A DNA stretch of 64,000 bases from Raillietiella orientalis (Eukaryota): contig JAYWIR010000116.1 of the NCBI GenBank assembly GCA_036172245.1, positions 1 through 64,000 of the forward strand. Reading direction: 5' to 3'. This document shows positions 1 to 12,830 of the stretch, piece by piece (positions within the stretch are counted from its first letter, which is position 1; each line of letters opens with the position of its first letter). The position numbers and the translations under genes were made by a program. The notes below the pieces were generated by a model. The model was not told where the DNA came from, did no database searches, and saw nothing but the letters and a program-made list of their open reading frames with translations.

Positions 1-2909
1 ATCCGTCTTTACTCTAGGACTCCCGACGATCGACGCCTGGCGGAGTATAAAGCTAGGGCTGAGCGACAGACCCGGCAATCCGTGTCGGCCAGCTTGCTGG
101 ACGCCCAAGTCCAAAAATGCTCAGCTCCGGCGTAAATCAACCGCATCCTGCAAGACTATTACTCCTTCTACGCGCGTGGAACATCAGAGCGCGCCGTGGC
201 GCAGCGCTAGCTGCCGCAATGCGTCCATGCGTTACAGGAGGAGCATACACATCAACTCGAGGAGCCTTTCTTGATGGCGGAGATCGTCTCCGCCATCGGA
301 AAGCTCAGAAAGAGGAAAGCCCCAAAGGAAGACGGTCTGAACGCGGAGTTCTATCAAGGCTTCGTGGCAGAGCTGGCCTTCATGGTGCATAGGCTTTGCA
401 TGCTGATCCGAGAACAAGGGGACGTCCCCAAATCGTTCCGGTGGGCTAGAGTACGTCTCCTGCCGAAACGAGGAGACAATAGCAACGTAGGCAACTGGCG
501 TGCCATCATAGTAGTGAATGCGGATGCGAAGTTGCTTGCCAAGCTTTGGGCTGAGCGACTGGGACGGGTGGCGGAATCCGTGGTGAGTCCGGAGCAGACA
601 TACGCTGTTCTTTGACGAACCATGGAGGCCAACCTGTTTTTCGCCAGTACATGGTGACAGTTGCAACAAAGCGAAGAGCAGGGAGGTCAAGAGAATCCTG
701 GATTTTCATCAGAACAGGAAGGGGACGCCGTTCATAGAAGAGCCGCGCCCGGTGCCCTTGCGGTCGCAGTCGATCTACGTAAAGCGTTCGATTGCGTCGA
801 CCAGGAACTCCTTCTGGAGCTCCTGGAACGCTTGGAATTCCCGGCCGTCTTCTGGACTTATTTCCGCTCCTGCGGGAGCTTCGTTGTAATAAACATCTCT
901 TTTAGCGGCCGGCACGTCTACAGCATGCCGGTTCGGCGTTGCATAAGGCAGGGTGACAGTCTGAGCCCCTTGCTCTTTAGCATCTACTTCGAGCTGGTGC
1001 TGAGGACATACAAAGAGACTCTGGCAACCCTGCCAAGCACGTGTCCCGGCACGCCTGCCGTGTCGGCCTACGCCGACGACCTTCTGCTCCTGCACCTCGA
1101 ATACACTTCGGCGTCGGCGCTCGAAGATTTCTTTATGTTGCTGCGCTGCGGGACGGGCCTCGAGGTGAACAGAGAGAAATCTTCCATCGTTCCAACATCA
1201 CGACTACTTTTAAGCAATACGGCGTGGGCCGGACGGCCGGACTGGATCCGCTTGGATATCTCCACGGGCAGGTGCTTCAAGTACCTTGGCGTTCCGTTGG
1301 AGGACTTCTGGGCTGCAGAAGCCTGGTTTGACCATCTTCAAAACGCAGCGTTGGCGATCGGTCCGTTCTAAGAAAGCAAGTTCCACTTGCAGGAACGGGA
1401 CGCGGTGTGGGACGCGTTCGCGGCCCGGCTCCTTCGCCCCCTACTTTTTGTTTGACCCGCTCCTTATTTTATTCGAAAACGAGCAGCGGGCCTCCTGAGA
1501 ACAGTTTTTTGGGGAAAAGGGAGGTCCCGTGTGAAGCTCAAAGACTTGTGCGCTCCACGTAAGGACGGTGGACTTGGCGTACTTACGCTGGAGCGCATGG
1601 AACTGCAACTACAATTCAGGACTTTCGCACTTGCCGCCGAATTGTGGGACACGCCTTGGTGCGTTCCAGCACGCCTACTGGCCCAACGATCCTCCGGATC
1701 CGGCGGACTTTTGTCATTTCTGTCTGCGCGCGTCTGCAGAAGAGCACACTGTGGCTCTATGCTGCGACGCAGCCTCGTTGCGATTCTTCAGAACGCCTAG
1801 ATCTCCTGCCTCCCAGGGAAGTACTCTGTCTGGTTGCACGAGTCAGTTTCCACCTGGGAAAAGATCTACGTTCCGGCGGGCACAAGGAACACTTGCCTGA
1901 AAAGGCACGTCCCCTGGACGCTGCAGGAGATCGTGCAGTCCCACGACAAGCTTCTGTGGGCCTTGATAACCCTTCTCACCCCAGTGCTGCTCTTTCTTGT
2001 GAATGCCAGGGACAGTAGCGATCAGGGGAAATGGACCGTGTCCTGCATCATAAGCGGCAGTACACAATCGATAAAGGCGTTGGCATCTCGACAGCTATCT
2101 GCCGCTGCGACGCCGAGTGTCCCGCCCAACGGAATTCGACGCTGGGTCGAGCTACTCGGAATATCTCCGGAGGAGATGAAGTGGCCCCCAACGTCCTGGA
2201 ACAGTGGATCCCTCCCCCTCAAATGGCAGGAGGTGACGTTGCTTGTAATTCATTAAGGTTTACCCTGTAAAGCACGCCTGTACCACATCACCCGGGGGGC
2301 TGTGGATCCCCAGTGCGACCGGTGCGGGGTAAAAGAGACCTTCCCCCACCTTCTCTTTGAGTGCAGTGCCATCCGTTCTTTATGGAATCGCCTTACGGCG
2401 ATCCTGCACTTGCGCGGATGCGGCCCCAAGGACGTTTTCAGGCGCCTCTTCTGTAGTGACGCCTTGTCCTCCCCCGCTTCTGTAGCAATCCTCTGCTGCT
2501 TTCGAGGGATCGTGGCGGCTTGGAACGCCACCAGAAGAAGACGTCAGCTAACTGGCAGTGCCTTACGATGGACTCGCCTATTCGTGCGAGCTGTATGCAA
2601 GTGGCGCCACTTAGGCGCACAGAGGACACAGCTTGTCCAGATCCTGAATAGGATCTAGAGGACCTTTTCGGGCGCATAGTGATCCCCTCCTTGCGCTCCC
2701 ATCCCTAAAACATTTATTCCCTCCCGTATTTAAACTTTTTGTTTGTTTTGTTTTTTCTGTCCCAATCCCCTTGCATCGGTAGGACCTCTCCGGCCTAGCG
2801 CCGGCAACCAGCATGCTGTTTTGGCGTGGTGCACCTTCTGATTCTTCACTCTAAAAATTAATGTATTTTTATTTTTCGAAAGAAATGCCTTGGCATATCC
2901 GGGTGAAAA
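1..2909 (+). mobile_element. Tx1/L1-like non-LTR retrotransposon, copy F1: 3' part of decayed ORF2 (linker, RT, C-terminal zinc finger) and 3' UTR; cut by the window start
   Basis: KAPKEDGL, NWRAI, PEQTYAV, DLRKAFD, RQGDSLSP, AYADD, FKYLGV and CDRCGVKETFPHLLFEC motifs broken by stops; T-rich 3' UTR ending AAATGCCTTGGCATATCCGGGTGAAAA. Confidence 0.92.
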
Positions 2910-4093
2910 CTGCGGGAACGTGAATGCGCTCCAGCGTAACCGTGCATTCTCGGAGAGTTGTTACGCGCGGTACGAATTTTGCTCTTGTTTCGGAGTCCGC
3001 CTGCTCTCCTTTCTTTGATACATGCTTGTCGTTTTTCTGTTTTTTGGCTTTTACTAGCTGCCAGCCCTGTTCTTTTTGTGCGGTTGCGGGAAGATTTTTT
3101 TCCGGCGCCGCGCTTGGAGCTTGAGTTTTTGGCTGCTTTTCTTGCCAATTCCCCGTTTTTCCGATTTTTCTTCCCCCGCGCGTTTCCCTTGCGCCTTTTT
3201 GGCGGCCGAGGGAATCAAGGTAGGGCGTTTAGGGCACACAAGACGGACGTATCCCTTCTCCCCGCACAAGTAGCACTCGATGTTTGGGCACCTCTTTCCG
3301 ATGTGTCCGACCGCATCGGAGTAGACGAAATACCGTGGCTTGCAAGCATACCAGAGGTCTACCGGTTCTCCTGCGACCTCAAGTTTGTGGGGAAGCTTGG
3401 CATCGTCTTTTGGGGTTACACGTGCCGCGGCGACGCCCCCAAATTGGCGCCCGTATCCCTCAAAGATTGTGTGCTTCGCTGACAGCGCGTGTACGTCCCC
3501 GTATTTACTTAGTTCTTCTTTGACGGCAGTGCGCGTCATGCGCTTAAATATTCTTGTCAAGTGGACCACTACCGAGTGGTCCATTGACACCAAGAAGATC
3601 TAACGGCCGTTGTGATCAGCGGGGTAGTTATCAGGCGATCGGATATGCTCATGCTCATGCACACCAGCTCAATGCGCAGCGCCCCGCTGAGCACGCACAG
3701 ACCTTCCAGATCTTCCTCAAAAACAATATTATTTTGAAGCACTCTGCTAAAAGAGCGCGCCGTTTTGTTTCAAACAAAGGGCCTACCTTGTACACAAGTG
3801 CTGACTTGTATCCACAGGCTTGATAAACGGCTTCCTCGGCCAAGGCCTCCGCACGAAGGCCGGCGACCATTGCGCTCCAAGACTTCGCCGGCTGCAAAGA
3901 CGGTCCAGGGGCTGTTGTTCCCATATCTGTAGATTGTGTGGGAGGATTTGCCCCCCACGACTACATCCACCGCGGTGTCCTCTGGCACGGCTGTTTCCGG
4001 ACCCCGACGACACACACTTAACACCTAACTACACAAAAAACTTCGGTTGTTTCCCAGACAAGCGCTAGCAAAGCGCCTAAAAAACACGTCCAC
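2910..4093 (-). mobile_element. B/C-like element: 5' UTR and N-terminal two-thirds of ORF1, truncated where F1 ends
   Basis: 5' GGACGTGTTTTTT; PEDTAVDV, GYKSALVYKVG, DLWYACKPRY, knuckle CYLCGEKGYVRLVC; ends at TLRECTVTLERIHVP. Confidence 0.85.
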
Positions 4094-7000
4094 CCACACC
4101 GACTTTCGGCGAAGGCCGGAAGCCGCTGAGCATTTTCGCGGATTCATACGAGGTTTTAGCTTGCAGACGCTTCAGTACTGGGACCGCTTCAAGCGCTCGG
4201 TCCCGGAGTTTTCCGATGAGTTCCCTATGAACCTCCTGCCTGCAGGGTTTGGTGAAAGCGCGCGTAACGAGAGATGGTGTTTACAAGCTCGATGTTACGC
4301 GCGAACACCAGAAGTACGCAGGCTAGCCGAATACCGTGCGGGAGCCGAGAGGCAGCCGTAGGAATCCGGGTCGGCCAGCTTAATGTACGACCAGGGCAGG
4401 GAGCACTCGGCCCCCGCCCAGGTAAAAGGCTTATTAAAACAATTCTACTCCTTCCTGTACGCACGCGCTCCAGCGGAACGGGATGTCTCGCGACTCCTTC
4501 CAAGAGGCGCTCCGGCGATCAAAGAGAAAGATAGAAAGACCTTCGACGAGCCTTTCACGATGGGCGAGATCAACTTGGCCATCGGAAAGCTCAAGAGGCG
4601 CAAACCTTCCGGGAAGGACGGCCTGCCAGCAAAATTGTTTCACTATTTCGCGGCGGAGCTCACTCCCCTGGTAAAGAAACTCACCTTGCTGATCCGCGAA
4701 ACGGGCTACGTCGGTGCCTCGTTTCGTTCGGCAAAGGTGCGCTCCCTCCCTAAGGGAGGAGGCCTTCGGAGCATGAGCACCTGGCGGTCGATTACTGTGA
4801 TCAAGGCGGACGCCAAGTGGCTGTCGAAATTGTGAGCTCAACGCCGGAAGCAGTTAGCGGAAAGCTCCATTAGCCCGAAGCAGACATATGCTGTTCCCGG
4901 TCGTAGAATGGATGCCAACCTGTTCCTCGCCAGCACCTTTTTCGCGCTGCAACAGGAAAGGGTCAGAATGGGAAACCGGACTTCCGGAATGTCCGCCGCT
5001 TGTAAACGGGATCGTTATGAGGAAGGGAGCCCTCGCAGTTGCACTCGATTTGCATAAAGCATTCGACTGTGTCGACCAGAGTCTCCTCTTGGAGCTCCTG
5101 GAACGCTTGGGCTTCCCGGTTTCTTTGCTGACCTACCTGCGATCTTGCTTTCGCGACGCGCTTATCCAGATCTTTTTCAGTGGACACACCGTGCACGGTG
5201 TACCAATGCGACGCGGCATACGGTAGGGAGACAGCCTGAGTCCCTTGATCTTCGGTACCTACTTCGAGTCGGAACAGAGAGCGTACAGGGAGACTCTGGC
5301 GCACCTGCCGCGCGACTATCCCGGTACGCCCGCAGTGTCATCATATGCGGACGACCTACTCCTGCTGCTACCTATGACCACCTCGGCATCGGCGGTCGAG
5401 GAGTTCTTCGACCTGCTAAGTCGGGGAACCGGGCTTGAGATGAACAGGGCGAAGTCGTACGTCATGCCTGTTGGTGTTGCACGGGCAGGGCATCCGGACT
5501 GGGTCCGTTTGAGGATCCCCACCATACGGTACTTCAAGTAAATCAATGTACCGATGGGTGATTATCTCCCTTGGGATGAGTGGTCCAGCTGCCTTCAAAA
5601 GGTAGAGACGGCGATCAGCCGGTTTAAAAGATGCAGGTTTTTCCTGCCGGAACGGGCCGCGGTGTGGAACGCGTTTGTGGCCTTCCTCCTCCGTTCCCTG
5701 CTTTTTGTTCGTCCCTTCATCACAGAGACTGAAAAGCGGACGGAGGACCTCCTATGGAGTGCCCTGTGGGATAATGGGAGGGCCCGTGTCCTGCTGGAGG
5801 ACTTGAGCGCTCCGCGTCTGGACGGCGGTCTCGGCCTCCTAACGCTAGAGCGGCTGGAGTTCCAGATCCAGTTTCGGTTACTCGCCCTATTGGCGAAATA
5901 TTGGAATAGCAGCTGGTGCGAGCCCGCACGTATCCTCGTCGAAAAGGCTACAGGCAAGGTGGGAATGTCATCCTTCCTTGCGCTCCGTCTTCGCCGCCAA
6001 GTCGGTCACTGCGGGTTGCAGCTGCGGAGAGTGGCTGACCTGATGAGGAAGAACTCAGGATGGCTCTGCTGTAGCCCCGTTAACGGACCTGCATGGCTCC
6101 AGGAAACGGTTCAGATGTGGGCAAGAAGCAACCAGGAACGCACCCAAGAAGGGCAGAGACAATTCTTCGCCCGTAAGAATCGCCCAACGCTCCGGGAGGT
6201 CCTGGAAAACCCCCCAAAACGAGCGTGGGCAAGAAAAACTTTCCTCTCTGCAATGCAGTTTTTGCTTGCGGAACATTTGGACGGAAACACTGCTTCGCAT
6301 TGGGAAGTGTATGCTAAAAACTCTAGTACAAAGAAAAAGATCGAGGAGTAGAAAACGGGAATTCTCTGCGATACTGCGGCCCGGATTACCATTCCTATTG
6401 GACTTGTGGGCTGTGGCGAGCTGCTAAATGTTCTGCGTAAACAATTAAAGTAGCCCTTGGTGCTTATGAGCACCTCCACCCTCCCCTTAATATGGGAGGA
6501 GTCGGCGCTACTGTTGCTGCATTGGGGACTCCCCTGCAACGCCCGCCGACACTATTGGACCTGGGGAGCGGGGAGCCCTAATTGTGCGAGGTGTGCAGAA
6601 CGGGAGTCACTCACTAATTTTTTTTTGGATTGTGTGGCTCTCCGGCCCCTTTGGAACCGTTTTGCCGCGGCAATCGGTATCCCGTGTGGTAACCCCAGAG
6701 ACGCAGTGAGATCCCTCTTCGTTTGCGACGCTTTTCGGCCTTCGGCCTCGTCAGCAGCCTCGCTCTGCTTTCGCAGGATCGTCGCTGCATAAAGCAAGGC
6801 AATGGGAGGAACACGCGATAAGGGTGCTGTCCAGCTCTCCGCCGAATTTATGCCAACGGCGACAGCATGGACCCATTTGGATTTAACAATCCAAAAAGAG
6901 CTTGCCGGCATCCTTGAAAGGATGTAACGGCCGCACAGCAGACTTTGATCCCTTTCCGAGCCATCCAGGTCTTTATTTTTTATATTTCTTTTTTATGTTT

Positions 7001-7176
7001 TATTTTTCGTTTTGTCCTTGGATCTTCTGCTGTCGTGGTGGACCGTACCGGAATACGAACCGGCGACCCGGCAGTCTTAATTTTGTATAACAGTGTGTGG
7101 CCGGAACACCAGCTCAGCCACCAACGCTTGTTTTATTCGAAAGAATAAACGCCCTGGCGCAACTGGGTGACAATAA
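4094..7176 (+). mobile_element. A-related element, copy G: decayed ORF2 from post-APE linker to C-terminus, plus 3' UTR
   Basis: DLHKAFD, SYADD, CARCAERESLTNFFLDC; 3' UTR resembles A1; ends AATAAACGCCCTGGCGCAACTGGGTGACAATAAA. Confidence 0.9.
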
Positions 7177-7239
7177 AGTTCACGAATGGCGGAGCTCCGA
7201 TGTTATTGGCGAAGATGCTCCTTCGCCTCCTAATTGCTA

Positions 7240-7462
7240 ACTCAATTGGCATTGTAAAAAATCCAGCGTTGTAGCGGTGCGCCTTTCCGACCGCTGTGAC
7301 AAAGCACTCGCCGCTTCCGACGACCACCCCTCTGTTGACTCCGTCGACAGCGAGGGGAGCGAGTCTTCGAAGGCGTTGGTCATCGACACCACTATCGATG
7401 ACGTAGCCTTTGCGCGAGCGGCGGAGGAGCTGGCTTTCTCGTTGCAGCCAGATCCCTCCAAG
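7240..7462 (+). mobile_element. A-family ORF1 tail fragment (host of B1)
   Basis: VIDTTIDDVAFARAAEELAFSLQPDPSK matches the A1/A2 ORF1 tail. Confidence 0.8.
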
Positions 7463-9911
7463 GTAAGTTGGACGGCGTGTTTTTCCTTCACTCCCAAAAG
7501 AGTCGTAGGAAAGCGCTTTTTCTTGTGTGTGGTGCTTTGTATACATAGTCGGTGTCCAATGGCTACGATGCCAGAGGAGACCGCGATGGAGGTAGGCGTG
7601 GGTGGGGCTACTTCGCCCCTAGAGCCTACTGGAGCAGAAGCAGCCGCCCCGGAATCATTCCCGGCCACGCCGAGGACATGGAGAGCCATGGTTTCCGCGC
7701 CCAGCGCGGAAGCTATGGCGGAGATGGCCGCATACAAGGCCTCCGGGTACAAGCCATCCCTTGTCTACCAGGTAGGCAACTTGTTTGACGGCAGGACTGC
7801 ACGCGCATTTAGCAGGGCGTTGCAGGAGTCGAATATACTAGGAAAGGATCTAGACTGCCTCTCCGTCCTCAGCGGCGGGCAGCGGGTCGAGGTGGTGTGT
7901 AAAGACGTCACCTTGGCTCACCGCCTGATTCATGCGCCGCTAAACGTTGACGGCCGCAAGATCCTGCCGATATCAATGGACCGCTCCGTGGTGGTCCACA
8001 TGACCGGCATTAGCAGCCGCATTACTCGCTCTGCGGTCGGAGAAGAACTACGAAAGTTCGGAAAGGAGCACGCACTGTGGCCCAAACCCACCATTTTTGA
8101 TGGCTACGGTAGCCTTTTTGGTGGTCAGGCTGCAGCGCGGGTCACCTCAAAAGAGAATTGTCGACTTTCCCACAAACTGAAGGTCGCGCAAGAAAGCGTG
8201 AACCTTTGGTACGTGGGGAAACCACGGTACTGCGGATACTGTTATGCCATGGGACACCTCCGTAAGAGGTGTCCTAAGATCCAGTGCCACCTGTGCAAGA
8301 GAAGGTCCACGTTAGGCGTGTGCGCCCCAAGCGCCCCAATCCGGTTCCCTTTGTCGCCAAAAAAGCACAAAGAAAACGTGCCTTGAAGGTCGCAAGACCT
8401 AAGGCGGAAAGTGTCCGCCAGAAGCTGCCAGAACCTCAACTTCCGGCGCAAAAGCCGGACGATAAACCTTCCGAAGTAATGGAAGGGGAAGAGGGCCTAA
8501 AACTTGTTGCTGCCAGAAAAGCTAAGAAAGGCACATCCGCGGAGAAGAAAGAGCATAAGCCGGCGGGGAAATCCAAAAAACCCGGTCCGCGCTCGAAAAC
8601 TCTGCGCGAGTGCACGGTTGCACTGGAACGCATCGTCGTTCCCGAGCTTGCCACCCAGAGCGAAGAGCCTCCCCTCGCCGTTGGCGCCGCGCCCGAGGTT
8701 CGCGACGTCGAACCCCCTGTTTACACAGAGGGTGAGCCGCGCGACATAACGCCGGTCGGAGCCGCGGACGCCGCGTTCGTGCAGGCGGCGGAGGAGCTCG
8801 CCTGAAAACCCCTCGCGCAAGGCCGTGCGGAGGCCGGCTCCGGCAAAGAAGGCCCCCACAGGTGAGTTAGAGCTGGCGGCCCAGAGTACATAATCCTCCT
8901 CAGAGGCACCCCCCAGGAAGTCGGGACGGAACTCCCAGAAGCCAAGGAGGCGCGTCCCCTTTACCAGCGAGGAGGAGAAGACGGAAGCCGTCGCCAGTGT
9001 GGGAACTTCGGAGGAGGAATTCCCACGCTTGGAAGCCGTCCAACCGGCCACCCCCATGGAGAAGGTTGAACAGGGGGTTGGCCGGTTCCATGGAGGAGGG
9101 CGAACAGGTATGCGCGACCCCACCTGTGGGTGACCCGCTCGACACGCCGTTACCTATGGAGGAGGGGAACAGGTGCCTTCAGCACCTGACCCTCCTGCTC
9201 CATCTAGCGTCCCGCCCCAGCAGGTGGCGGAAGCCGCATCGCCATCTTCCCATGAGTAACACCTGGGCTCGCCAGTCGCTGCCGGATTCGCGCGGCCTGT
9301 TGGAATGTCAACGGGCTGCGCGACGACGGTAACAGGCGAGATACAGCCGACACTCTGCGGGAGTTCGACCTGGCTTTGTTGCAGAAGATCCACGTGATCA
9401 CCGCGGAAGGCGTCTGACGATCAGACCGACTCGAACGATCTGATCGTCACGAATGTGTACGCCCCAACCGGTCAAAACGGATACAGCAACCGTACCAGGC
9501 TGCTTGAATCCCTGGAGCGCGACTGGTTGGCCAACACGAACTTGCGAAAGGCTCACCTGATAGCGAAAGATTCCAATCTCCGCCTGCTAACAGGTGAGCC
9601 TGAAACACAAGAGAAAGCGATGAAAGAGTTGTGCGCCGCCATGCTTGCGCGCAACTTGTTCGCGGGGGACCAGGGAATGGTCCGCAGCATCGACCACGTC
9701 TTCCTCGACGCTGACCTGTGTTCACGGGTCGGCAAACGGGGAAAGATTGCGTCGACGTTGTCGGACCATTCCCGGCTAATTTTCGAGATGCGGCCTCGCG
9801 ACAAGGGACCGCCATCCAGGGAGAGGCTTCTACCGGGGGACTGGACGCGACTCTCCGGTTCGAAGGATCACCTTCGCGAATTCCTGAGAGGCATCACGCT
9901 ATAGAGTCTTT
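7463..9911 (+). mobile_element. Element B1: 5' UTR, frameshifted ORF1 (7559-9259), APE with an internal deletion near 9410-9425; truncated at H
   Basis: MATMPEETAMEVG; knuckle CGYCYAMGHLRKRC; WNVNG, TNVYAP, SIDHVF, SDH motifs. Confidence 0.9.
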
Positions 9912-12830
9912 CTTGAAACCCGGTACGCCGGGACGTTTATGTTTTCAAATAAACTTACATAACCTGTGACTCGACCAGTAGTACAGCCGCGCCTTGGAAA
10001 CATTCAGCCTGCCGGGCTACCGGTTCACAGAACGGTGCGGTCAACCTTGGCGGCAGAGGGGAGGGGAAATTAAAGAAAAAGAAAACAAAGAAATAAACAA
10101 AATTGGGGAGGCAGCGGGAAGGGATCACTGTCTGCTGGGAGGGACCGTCATCCTCTGGAGGATGCCGGCAAGCTGTCGCTGAATGGTGGATTTCAGATGA
10201 AGCCATCGCGTCGCCATCCGCAAGAAACGTGCGGCGTACACGGTGGCGTCTTTGTAGCTGGACCCTCCCGTCTCTTTGCTAAAGGCCACGACGATCCCTC
10301 TTAGGCAGCACAGGGCTGCAAGCGAGGCCTTCGGAGGCAGGGCGTCACGGACGAAAAGGGGGCGCAAAGAGTCTCTGGTATTGCCTCCGGGAATCCCCAG
10401 GGCCTCGGAAAAGCGTTCCTACAAGGGACGGAGGGCAACACATTCCAGTAAACGGTTGGGGGAGGTATTCCCTCTCCCCGCAGCTGACACAATTGGGGTT
10501 TACACCCCACCGCGTTCAGTGGTGTCGGTGGGCGTTGCAGGGGAGGCCTCAATGCAACACCAGGAGTGCCGACTGTTGCCACTTCATGGGGAGGGTGCGC
10601 GAGTCCATGAGCACCGGGGGCCACTCCAGATGTCCTTCCGGAACATCCAGTAGCTCGCCTCAGCGCAAGAGTCCGTGTGGAGTGGTCCTCGGGGTCGCAA
10701 CTTTGGACAGCTGACCCGTTCTCGAATCCGCGAACTTCTTCTTCCTTTCGGCGATCTTGAAAGTAACCTCCCATTGTGCCGCGACGTCACTGACCAGATG
10801 TTCCCTTAGGGTAGGCAGTACCTCTGCAAGGGAGGTTCTTTGTGCCCACGCTCTCCTTCGGGGATCCTCGAAGATTTATCGGAGCGTGCGGTGGGCGTGA
10901 GGTCCGCACAGAGCTATCCGCTCGTGTTGCGGGCTCTGTTCCTGAGTCATCGCCCACGTGCGGACGGTTTCCTGCAACCAGGCAGGACCGTTCGCGGGGC
11001 GTACGAGGATCCGCTCCGAGTTGGTCTTCACGAGCTTGGCCGCCCTTCGAAGCTGAAGTCCGCAGTGGCAGATGGGGCTTCGGAGTGCAAAGTAGGACGA
11101 GAGTCCCGCATTGCCGGTGGCCCGCTCGACTAGGAGACGTGCAGGGAGGCACCAGGCGGTGCACCAATTTTTTGCCATAAAGGCAACACTCCGGAACTGG
11201 AGCTGAAGCTCCAGCCGCTCCAGCGTCAGGAGGCCAAGACCGCCGTCCCGACGCGGAGCGCACAAGTCCGCAAGACGGACTTGTGGCCTCCCTCTGCCCC
11301 AAAGGGCTATCCTCAGGAGGTCCTTCGTCCTTTTCCTAGACTTTGCTGAGGGGGGGCAAACAAAAAGCAAGGGGCCAGGGAGGGGGGCCGTAAACGCGTT
11401 CCACGCCGCGGCCCGTTCCTGCAGGTAAAACCTGCCGTCCTGGATCGGGCTGATCGCCGCCTGAGCCTTCTGAAGGCAGCCGGATTACGCATCCGCAGGG
11501 GAGTAGTCCCCCAACGGCACACCAAGGTACTTCAGGCACCCCACCGTGGGGATCCCCAAACGGACCCAGTCCTGCTGCCCTGCCAAAGCCTCTCCGACTG
11601 GCATTACAGACGACTTCGCCCTGTTCACCATAAGACCGGTCCCCCGATGCAGCAGGTCGAAAAACTCCTCGACCGCCGAAGCCGGGGTGGACATAGGGAG
11701 GAGTAGCAGAAGATCATCCGCGTATGCCGAAACCGCAGGCTTACCGGGACAGTCGCGCGGCAGGTGCGCCAATGTCTCCGTGTACGCTCTCAGCACCAAA
11801 TCGAAAAAGGCGCTAAAAAGCAGGGGGCTCAGGCTGTCTCCCTGCCGTATACCGCGTCGCACCGGTACGCCGTGCACGGTCTGCCCGCTGAAAAAGACAT
11901 TCAGGAGCTCGTCGCACCAGCTGGAGCGCAGATATGCCACTAATGAGGCCGAGAAACCCAAGCGTTTCAGAAGCTCCAGAAGGAGATTCTGGTCCACGCA
12001 ATCGAATGCCTTCCGCAAGTCGACTGCGACCGCAAGGGCTCCCTCCTGCACCCGACTATCCGACCCCTTGCTGGCGCACGCACCGGAATTCCGGCTGCGC
12101 ACCAAGCTCCTTTCTTGATGGAGCTCTACCCAGGTGGAAACGTGAAACAGGTGCGCCTCCATGCTTCGCCCGGGAACAGCATATGTCTGTTCCGGGCTGA
12201 TGAAGATGTTGGCAACCCGTCTCAGACGCTCTGCCCACAGCTTGGCTATCAACTTGGCGTCCGGATTTAATATTGAGATGGGACGCCAGTTGTTCATGCT
12301 CCTCAGGTTACCTCCCTTCGGGAAGAGCCGCACCTTTGCTGAACGAAACGAGGTGGGAACGTTACCTGTCTCTCTATTCAGCAAGGTGAGCTGATGTACC
12401 AAGGGGGTAAGCTCTGCCGCAAAAGTTTATTAGAGCTGCGCGGCAGGTCGTCCTCCCCTGGAACCTTTCGCCTCTCTAGCTTTCGGACGGACGAGATGAT
12501 CTCGTCCATCGTGAAAGGCTTGTCAAGTTACCTTTCCTTCTCTTCGCCGATCGCTGGAGCACCTTCCAGAAGCAGGAGTCGTGAGTCGTCCCGCTTTGGT
12601 GGCTCCCTCGCGTAAAGGGAGGATTAAATTTCCGTAAAATCTCGCGTTTCTAAGAGGGAGCCAAGTGCTCCCGGCGCTGGTCGTCCAGCAAGCTGGCGGA
12701 CCCGGATTGCCAGGCTTCTTTCTCTGCTCCCGCTCGATACTCTGCTAACCTCCGCATGTCGGGGGTTCTCGCGTAAAGTCGGGCATGAAAATAGCATTTT
12801 TCGTTACGCGGCCCCTCCTGAAAACCCTTG
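9912..12830 (-). mobile_element. A-related element, copy H: decayed ORF2 (linker, RT, C-terminus) and 3' UTR; upstream side ends at the C1 insertion
   Basis: 305-aa RT ORF 11485-12402 (NWRPISILN, DLRKAFD, QGDSLSP, AYADD); terminal hairpin motif at 9912-9940. Confidence 0.92.
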
